From: an uncultured delta proteobacterium
GTDB lineage: Bacteria > Desulfobacterota > Binatia > Binatales > Binataceae
Assembly: GCA_963724765.1 (NCBI GenBank)
Contig: CAVRVY010000004.1
Coordinates: forward strand, 1,600,001-1,664,000
Direction of reading: 5' to 3'
DNA: 64,000 nucleotides
Positions within the stretch are counted from its first letter, which is position 1; each line of letters opens with the position of its first letter. Below, in pieces: positions 57,232-64,000 of the stretch. The notes under the pieces are model-generated. The model saw nothing but the letters and a program-made list of their open reading frames with translations, ran no database searches and was not told the origin of the DNA. Made by a program: the position numbers and the translations under genes.

Positions 57232-58476
57232 ATGCTTGACCAAGAAGCAATGCAGATCGCTCGGAAACGGCTTAGCGCAGAGAGCTCGAGGCGCCATCAT
57301 TTCTTCCACACAGAACTGCAACGCGTTCAGAACGAACTTGCGACCAAAGGACTGGGACGATCCGGCGCGCTGATTCAGGCCGTTGCCGATGTGTGCGCGA
57401 AAGAGATCGAGGACGCGACCAATCAACTTTGGGAGGTTGTCGGTGCTCTGCTTCGGGAGGGCAATGGCGTCCCCTCGCCTGAAGCGGTTAGGACGCTTCA
57501 CGGCCAGATTGATGAACTATGGGTTCCTTACTGCTCTGCTGGTCCAGAAAGGGAGTTTGAAGCGATTTGCCAGCGTGACAGCGTCAGCCCATCGGTGAAG
57601 AGTGCGACCCATTTCTACGATCGAAGTGTCAGCGCGCGCATGCGGATCCAGTCCCAGGTCGAAGAGTTCATGCGCTCGGCACGCAACCGGCTCTCGCCTG
57701 ACACCAGTCCAAGCCATGAGGGCCGCAATCCTAAAGTGTTTCTGAGTCATGCCGCCTCAGACGAACACATCGCGTTGCTATTGAAGGCAGAGGTCGAGCG
57801 ACGCCTGCCGGGCGTCAAAGTATTCTGTTCAAGTGATCCCGCGGACCTGCCGCCGGGCACCAAGTGGTCCCCGGAAATTCAACAAGCCCTGCAAGAGTCG
57901 GCTATGCTGATCTTTGTTGCGTCGGATCGTGGCCTGCAAAGGCCGTGGGTTTGGTTCGAGTGTGGAACGTTCTGGTTTAGCGAGAAGAAGATCATGCCGC
58001 TTTGCCTCGGAGAAGTTAGGAAGAACGCCCTTCGCCCGCCTCTCTCGGAGTTGCAGGCGATCAATGGCGACGAATCCAGCGACTTGAAGACCGGCTTTGA
58101 CGTCATCGCCGCAGCCACTGGCTCAACCGTTTCTGACGCCTCAGATCTAAACAACCTTTCCGAAAAGCTGGGGCAGTTGGATCGCGAAGCGGCCGCTGTT
58201 TTGAATGCGTCGTCTGGATGGCTCGGGGCCGGGTGGAAAGGAAGATTTCTGGCTTATGATGGTCCTTACGAGCGTTTGAAGGAGATCGGAGATCGCAATT
58301 TCGAAACCTCCATGCAGGAGGCTCTTCAGGCTGTAGGTTACAATGTCGCCCTCTACGAGAAGAACAACTTCGCGGCAATGGGCGACGCCAACCATTTCGT
58401 CCAGTTGACCGACAGAAAATCATGGAGATGTCGCATCGTCAGAGGTACTGCATACCTGGTCGCAACGCCGATCTAA
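57232..58476 (+). CDS. TIR-domain-containing protein
   Basis: KVFLSHAASDE...PPGTKWSPEIQQALQES...SDRGLQRPWVWFECG, with the conserved Glu present. Confidence 0.82.
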   Translation: MLDQEAMQIARKRLSAESSRRHHFFHTELQRVQNELATKGLGRSGALIQAVADVCAKEIEDATNQLWEVVGALLREGNGVPSPEAVRTLHGQIDELWVPYCSAGPEREFEAICQRDSVSPSVKSATHFYDRSVSARMRIQSQVEEFMRSARNRLSPDTSPSHEGRNPKVFLSHAASDEHIALLLKAEVERRLPGVKVFCSSDPADLPPGTKWSPEIQQALQESAMLIFVASDRGLQRPWVWFECGTFWFSEKKIMPLCLGEVRKNALRPPLSELQAINGDESSDLKTGFDVIAAATGSTVSDASDLNNLSEKLGQLDREAAAVLNASSGWLGAGWKGRFLAYDGPYERLKEIGDRNFETSMQEALQAVGYNVALYEKNNFAAMGDANHFVQLTDRKSWRCRIVRGTAYLVATPI

Positions 58477-58510
58477 CGCTCCACGCTGAGCCGCATCCCG
58501 ATTGCTCAGT

Positions 58511-58690
58511 TGTGCCTCCCGAAAACCTTATCCGGGATGACGGTCGGGTGGGCGTATGGTAATGAAGCGGCCGATGGTCGCGTTTCTGAGCCAGCTGCTG
58601 CTTGCTATCCGGTCGCGGTTCACAGGGCGTGCGCGGCTTGAGGCCGAAAATCTCCTGTCGCTACCGAAAACCTCGTTCCGGATGACGGAG
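58511..58690 (+). mobile_element. Left-end fragment of the 30054 IS, interrupted by a second related IS end at 58656
   Basis: TGTGCCTCCCGAAAACCT plus about the first 33 transposase codons, then TGTCGCTACCGAAAACCT. Confidence 0.8.
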
Positions 58691-58918
58691 TGCGATAGCT
58701 GTGCTCTGCTCGTTGCACGATCCCGACTAAAGTCGCTATATCCATACCGAAGGTTATTTCTCAGAGCGGCATCCGGAAACACCACCTTCAGACCGTCTTG
58801 CGACAATTACGGTCGGCGGACTGGTCGATCGCATTCGTCGCGCGCGAGCACTGCAGACAAACGGCATCTTTGGGTTCGCTTTGGGGGAGCAGCGCCAAAA
58901 GGCCCCAGGTCCCGCGAC

Positions 58919-59225
58919 TTAGCACCCCCAGGCGAACTCGAGAAGCGGGTTGCTCTCGCTCAGGTAGTGGACCTCGATCTGATGTTTCCCCGAGCAACCG
59001 GCGGTCGCCCTCTTTCACCAGCTTGTCGCGGTAATAACCAGCCACCCAGTACGGTTTGCTTGTCGCCTTGGGAACCGCATCCGCGCTCAGATAACACTGC
59101 ACGGTCGCTTCGTTGCCTGAACCTCGATGACGGGATTGCTCACACAGTGCCGCAGATAATCCACGGTGGCGTGCCATTGCCGGTGGTAGTTCGCGTACCA
59201 TTCGCGGATCGCGGCGCGGAAGTAG
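58919..59225 (-). pseudogene. SnoaL/NTF2-like domain remnant
   Basis: RAAIREWY...LRHCVSNPVIEVQ and GNEATVQCYL...AGYYRDKLVKEGDR lie in adjacent frames. Confidence 0.6.
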
Positions 59226-59313
59226 AGGATGTGCGCGTGCCTTTCAATCGCCCAGCGCTTACCATGTTCGTTCGGGTCGCGTAGATTCGCGGTGTCACCA
59301 CGCGGAGGTCCCA

Positions 59314-60467
59314 ATGGCGGCGGAGCGCAAGGGTGCGATCGAAATCTTCAAAGTGGCCGGCATCCAGGTCGCCATCGACTATTCCTGGCTGATCATCTTC
59401 GCGCTAATCCTTTGGTCACTGTCCTCGGGATATTCCCCGCGAAGTATCCCGGCTATTCGACCGGCAGTTACTGGCTGGTGGGACTGGTTGCGACCATCCT
59501 GCTCTTTGGCTCGGTGCTCGCGCACGAGCTGTGCCACGCGGCGATGGGGAACCGACTCGGCGAGGAGGTGCACCGGATCACGCTGTTCATCTTCGGCGGA
59601 ATGGCGGAACTGGAGCACGAGCCCAGCAGCGGGATCGATGAGCTCAAGATCGCCGCGGTGGGTCCGCTCAGCTCGCTGGTGATGGCGGCAATCTTTTGGC
59701 TGATCGCGCGCGGGGTCGGCGCGGCTCCGGCGATGGCGCTGTGGGGAGCGGTCTTCTCCTATCTCGCCTTCATCAATCTCGCGCTCGCACTGTTCAACCT
59801 GCTGCCCGGATTTCCGCTCGACGGGGGGCGCCTGCTGCGCGCGGCGTTGTGGATGCACTGGGGCGATCTGGGCCGCGCGACCGCGGCAGCGGCCGACTGG
59901 GGCAACACGATCGCGTGGGGACTGATCGCGTTGGGCGCGCTGGAAATCTTCGGGGGCGGGCTGATCGGTGGGCTGTGGCTGATATTCATCGGGCTGTTCC
60001 TGCGCAGCGCCGCATCATCGGGCTACCAGAACATGATCGTCAAGCAGGTGCTGTCAGGCGCGCGCGTGCGCGAGATTATGGTGCGCGATCCGATCGTGCT
60101 CGGCCCCGAAGAAACGGTAGCCGGTGCCGTCGAGAACTATTTCCTGCGCTGCGGTTTCGGCGGCTTTCCGGTTGCGGCGGATGGAAAAGTACTGGGCGTG
60201 GTGACACTTGCGCAGGTGCGCGAGTGTCCTGCGTCCGAGCGCGCGAGCAGGCGCATCAGCGAGGTTATGCGGCGCGCCGACCGGACAATCGAGATTGCTC
60301 CCGGTGCCGGCGTCATCGATGCGATCCGGCAGATGGCGGCTGCGGATATCGGACGGCTGCTGGTCGTCGACCAGGGCAAGCTGGTTGGCCTCATCACGCG
60401 CACCGGCGTGACGCGCTACGTGCAGACCAAAACGCAGCTCTCCGCGCCCGCCGGCACCGCCGATTAA
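59314..60467 (+). pseudogene. Site-2 protease (M50) with CBS domains, split by a 1-nt deletion near 59434
   Basis: IDYSWLII in the first frame; HELCH, FNLLPGFPLDGGR and a CBS pair in the second. Adding a T gives SGYFPAKYP. Confidence 0.85.
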
Positions 60468-60507
60468 CGAGTCCGGCCGAGCACGGGACCCGTACAAAGA
60501 CGGCCGA

Positions 60508-60757
60508 ATGGAATGCTTCGTTTACATTCTCGGTAGTTTCAGCACAGACGGATATTGAACCCACGTCGGCTGGACCAACGATCTGGATCGACGTCTTGCC
60601 CAGCGCAATGCCGGCACCGGCGCGCGCTCAACGCGGGGGCGGGTTTGTGTCTTGCTGTTATGCCGAGCAGCACGCGACGCGCCGCGAAGCGATGAGCCGA
60701 GAGTGGCACCTGAAACGTGACCGGACGCTGCGCAAGCGGCTCGCGCAAGGCGGTTGA
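60508..60757 (+). pseudogene. GIY-YIG nuclease (YhbQ-like) pseudogene
   Basis: MECFVYIL...GY*THVGWTNDLDRRLAQRNAGTGARSTRGR...YAEQHATRREAMSREWHLK. In-frame TGA at 60556 plus a +1 frameshift. Confidence 0.75.
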
Positions 60758-60939
60758 CGCAATGATTTGCGAGCAAGAAGTGCAGCCTGCTCGGCCGCAG
60801 TTTGAGGCGGCTGTGCCGACCGTCACGTTAAGGCGAAGGACCAGAGCCGGGTGCTGTCCGACTAGATTAGGACAGTACCCCGAATCCGCTTGACCTTGGG
60901 CCTGGGGGCCCGGGTGGAGTATAAAAAGAAGACCAAACC

Positions 60940-61269
60940 GTGTTTAGCCGACTTCTCAGAATGCAATTGATGGGTCCGCTGCAGATACGCGGGCTGATAA
61001 TGTTTCTGCCGCAGTTCGTCCGCGTGTTCTACCGCCTGATGCACGACGCGCGTGTCTCCGTGCTGGCCAAGGCGGTGCCGTTGCTGGGCGTGCTCGCGTT
61101 GATTTCGCCACCGCTGCTGGAACTCGACTTCATCCCCATCATCGGCGAACTCGACTGGATCCTAGTCGGTTTCATCTGCCTCAAAATCTTCATCTGGCTG
61201 TGCCCGCCCGACGTGGTGCGCGAGCACGTGAGCAACGTCGCGCGCGGCGTCCAGCGCCAGGGAGCCTGA
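60940..61269 (+). CDS. YkvA/DUF1232-like membrane protein
   Basis: RLMHDARVSVLAK...LISP...DFIPIIGELD...FIWLCPPDVVREH. Confidence 0.75.
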   Translation: MFSRLLRMQLMGPLQIRGLIMFLPQFVRVFYRLMHDARVSVLAKAVPLLGVLALISPPLLELDFIPIIGELDWILVGFICLKIFIWLCPPDVVREHVSNVARGVQRQGA

Positions 61270-61357
61270 TCGATTCGACCACGTTCGGACGATCAGGGCA
61301 ACTCGTCTCAGCGTCGCAAACTATAACACGACGCTGTCGTCTGACAGTTTAGAAACC

Positions 61358-61391
61358 GGTACCGGCAGTTCGAATTCACTTCGCTCCGCTA
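61358..61391 (+). other. Degenerate tRNA(Ser)-like 3' end; candidate att-site remnant
   Basis: ggtaccggcagttcgaattcacttcgctccgcta resembles a T-arm plus acceptor 3' strand. No 5' half. Lies ~250 nt from the recombinase 3' end. Confidence 0.45.
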
Positions 61392-61642
61392 CGGAGTCTA
61401 GGGTGTCGTACTTCTCCAACGAAACCGATCAAATTAGCGCGTTTGCGGCCCTTGCATGCTGGCGAAGTGCACCGGAGAGGGCTGAGCGATGGTTGAGTAG
61501 GCGAATGGGTCGGATTCTCTCCATCGCAGGAAGAGGCGGTGGACTTCGGCGATTTATAGGTGGCGCAGAAGTTCGTCAATGCGATGGGTTTGGAAAACAG
61601 AAGTACCGCAACACTCCAGGAAGTGGTCCCTGTGCGGCGTAG

Positions 61643-62570
61643 CTAACAGGCAGGATTTGCGAAGCCGAGCAGTTTTTCTTGCGCTTGCCAACTTAGCGGA
61701 AAATCGCCGCGGCCGGTCGACAGAAACTGAGCGGTGAGTTCCGGCGGCTGGCGCCCCTCGGCAATTCTTTCGACGATCGCGGGCGCGAGGAAAGCCAAGC
61801 GAATCATTCGACTGACGTAGCGCTTACCGACACCCTCCCGCTTACCAATTTCAACCATCGAAACCGAACGACCCGATACTAGATCGTCAAACCAACGGTG
61901 GGCCCGCGCGTTGCCTTCAGGATCGTCGAATCAATCCTCGGCGATGAACCGGAGCCTCCGTCGATGACGAGCCGCATCTCAATTCCGCGCCGTCTCACTC
62001 GCAGCGGTATCTGACGGGTGAGCGATAAGTGGGTCGTGGCACTCGCCGCCGGTTTTCCGGAAGTCCGGATCGGCAATCTGATTGAGAGTCGAATACCATC
62101 CTGGTGCAACTCCGCTCGATCGACCAGCGATTTTAATGCCGTCGATGCCTCAGCCTCTGATCGAAGGCGCGTGCTCCATTCCGCGGCGGTCGCAAAGATC
62201 GAAGTGATGTCATGCGCGTCAAGTCCAGCCTCATCGACGTCGGCCACAATTGCTGTGCGTTCGTCGAGAATCTTGGCGACGGCGGCGGCCAGGTTGCGTT
62301 CGATCTCCAAAGCAGGAACACGCCAAGTCTGTCCAGACTTACGTGCGGTTCCTTTCATCAAACTGCGCGAGACGTAGTATCGATACCGACGATTGCCCTT
62401 GACTGCGTGACTCGGTGTCAGCCGTTCACCTCTTTCGTCGAACAGCTTGCCGATCAGCGGACTGGAGATCGATCCGCTCGGCTTTCCATCGGCCCGAACC
62501 CCATGGAGGCGCAGAAGTTCCTGGGTTCTGTTCCAAACTGAACGTTCAACGATCGGCTGATGCTGGCCCG
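61643..62570 (-). pseudogene. 5'-truncated, frameshifted large serine recombinase
   Basis: GQHQPIVERSVW...SPLIGKLFDERGERLTPSHAVKGNRRYRYYVS...LKA-ARAHRWFDDL...RLAFLAP. Catalytic N-terminus missing. Confidence 0.8.
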
Positions 62571-62702
62571 CAAGACCTCTTCTTGGTCGAGGCCTGGCTC
62601 CAAAATGAGCACGGCATGAACTCGCTCCAGGCCGACGACCGCCGAATCGCGGACTCCGGGGAGCCGATTCAGCACCAGCTCGACGTCTTCAGGAAACACC
62701 AA
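62571..62702 (-). pseudogene. Fragment of an AMP-binding (acyl-CoA synthetase) C-terminal domain
   Basis: VFPEDVELVLNRLPGVRDSAVVG...VHAVLIL, abutting the recombinase remnant. Confidence 0.6.
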
Positions 62703-62826
62703 TCACCGCAGACCGCACAGTTCGCTGGGCTATAGATCACCCGCTCCCGAGGCCATCTTGCCCTTGCCATCAACCCAGCTCTCTCTGTAGTGCTGGATCG
62801 CCAACCGGGGTCAGGTCAATACGCTG

Positions 62827-63240
62827 TTATTGCTTCGAATTCTTCCCGTTCACTCGCTCATAGACCCCGCGGCTCTTTCGCTTCACCATCTTCGCATCAA
62901 TCCAACGCGTAATGGCCGCGAAGACCTCGGAGGGCCGCTTATCCTTGGTCATAGGCACGGCACGGATATGCGAGGCCTTGAACTGCTTAGGCAGTTTCTC
63001 CAACACAGCTTGCCAATTGATTCGACCGGCGCCTTTTCCTGATACGCCACGCTCCGACCGGCTAGCAGGAGCACTTCGCTGTCCAGCGAACGCGGCGAGT
63101 TTAACCTCGTCATCTCGCAGCCGCCGCAGTGCTGACTCTTTGGCGCGGATCTCCTGAGCTAAGCTTTTCAAGACTTGGCGCGCCTTACCTTGAACCTGAC
63201 GAAGTGCGGAGCTGACTTGAGTAGCGGGACCACGTGGCAT
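62827..63240 (-). CDS. Hypothetical basic protein (coiled coil plus possible winged helix)
   Basis: Strong RBS AGGAGG, heptad-like N-terminus, C-terminal ...KRKSRGVYER. Confidence 0.6.
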   Translation of the reverse strand: MPRGPATQVSSALRQVQGKARQVLKSLAQEIRAKESALRRLRDDEVKLAAFAGQRSAPASRSERGVSGKGAGRINWQAVLEKLPKQFKASHIRAVPMTKDKRPSEVFAAITRWIDAKMVKRKSRGVYERVNGKNSKQ

Positions 63241-63419
63241 TCGGTTGGTTCCTCCTGTAGCAGAAAATAGCGATCCAAATGTATTCGGCGAACCTACAGC
63301 GGCTACTGGTCAGGTGCAAGCGTGGCACGAGGCTCGCTGAGAGCTATGGTTGGTTCCCCGAGGCATCCCGCGCGTCCTACTGGTTCGGGTTGAAAGTGTT
63401 CGCGTTGCTCTAGCTTCGA

Positions 63420-63668
63420 CTAGGTCGAATTGCGTCTTTGTCTGCGGAGTTGCTTGAGTATGTCCCGGACTGCGCACAGATAACCAAAGTGCCAGTAAAT
63501 GCGTTCTGACGTGTCCTCATCCAGATATCGCCGCTTCAATTGGCATTCGTCCCTATGTCTTGAGAGCCATTTCCGCAAATCCCCAAATTCGCATCTCATC
63601 GCTCTCTCATGCCCATATTCATCAAACAGATTCCATCGCGCCGACTTATTTTTTGTAACGATTTCCAT
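63420..63668 (-). CDS. Hypothetical protein
   Basis: 82-aa ORF with ATG start and protein-like composition (ERIYWHFGYLCAVRDIL). Confidence 0.45.
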   Translation of the reverse strand: MEIVTKNKSARWNLFDEYGHERAMRCEFGDLRKWLSRHRDECQLKRRYLDEDTSERIYWHFGYLCAVRDILKQLRRQRRNST

Positions 63669-64000
63669 GACTTACTACTCGGAAATGATTCAAATATATG
63701 CCATGCTCAAAACGTGGTCGGAATCTGACTCCTTGCGGAGTTCCTGTGCCGCTAACTCCATCAGTGTGTAACGCGGTTTGGTGCCCTGAGCGCGGCCCGA
63801 CGCCGCCTATCTGTCCACTCGGCGATCCGCCGCCGCCTAACCTTAAAGGCGTGGCGCAAGCGAAAGTACTAAAAATTCAAAGCCGCCCAATAGCCCTTTG
63901 TCGCGGCGATCAGCGATGCGCTCTCATGTATAGTAACGAGGCGATTGTTAGCCGCTTTGCAACAAGTCGATGAGTGATCCCGTCGGCCGCACGAGATTCA

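Noticed and set aside
58556-59284. 242-aa ORF as a second transposase
   Set aside because: Only about the first 33 codons match the transposase. The rest reads through another IS end and antisense pseudogene sequence.
61300-61400. Functional tRNA gene
   Set aside because: Only a degenerate T-arm/acceptor 3' strand is present, with no D-arm, anticodon arm or matching 5' acceptor strand.

Overview
A 64-kb accessory region of a high-GC bacterium. It is mosaic: GC-poorer and GC-richer blocks alternate by eye. The gene mix resembles uncultured soil lineages such as Candidatus Binatota, which is a weak inference. (1) 1-29 kb: a catabolic island built around xsc-pta (sulfoacetaldehyde desulfonation). 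It also holds a Rieske oxygenase and its PDR/VanB-type reductase, an IclR regulator, NtaA/DmoA and LLM monooxygenases with an SsuE-like reductase, three amidohydrolase_2 genes (two form a mosaic ~1.5-kb inverted duplication), a YihU-like beta-hydroxyacid dehydrogenase, a haloalkane dehalogenase, TauE/DUF1634, an MFS transporter and a non-Tat molybdoenzyme module. A shared ~28-bp promoter/operator motif lies upstream of at least four of these transcription units, and two copies are identical over 26 bp. None of the known entry routes to sulfoacetaldehyde is present in the window, so this is my best candidate for an undescribed organosulfonate pathway and regulon. (2) 29-31.6 kb: a scar with a perfect 65-bp palindrome, a recombinase remnant, an IS3 fragment and a TGT...ACA IS. 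(3) 31.9-57 kb: redox, metal, methyltransferase and acid-stress modules, plus a persulfide dioxygenase-YeeE-SorAB sulfur-oxidation module. (4) 57-64 kb: a TIR-domain gene, several pseudogenes, a tRNA-Ser-like att remnant and a truncated serine recombinase. About ten 1-2 nt frameshifts, many in short homopolymers, may be assembly errors. No rRNA, intact tRNA or CRISPR array was seen.
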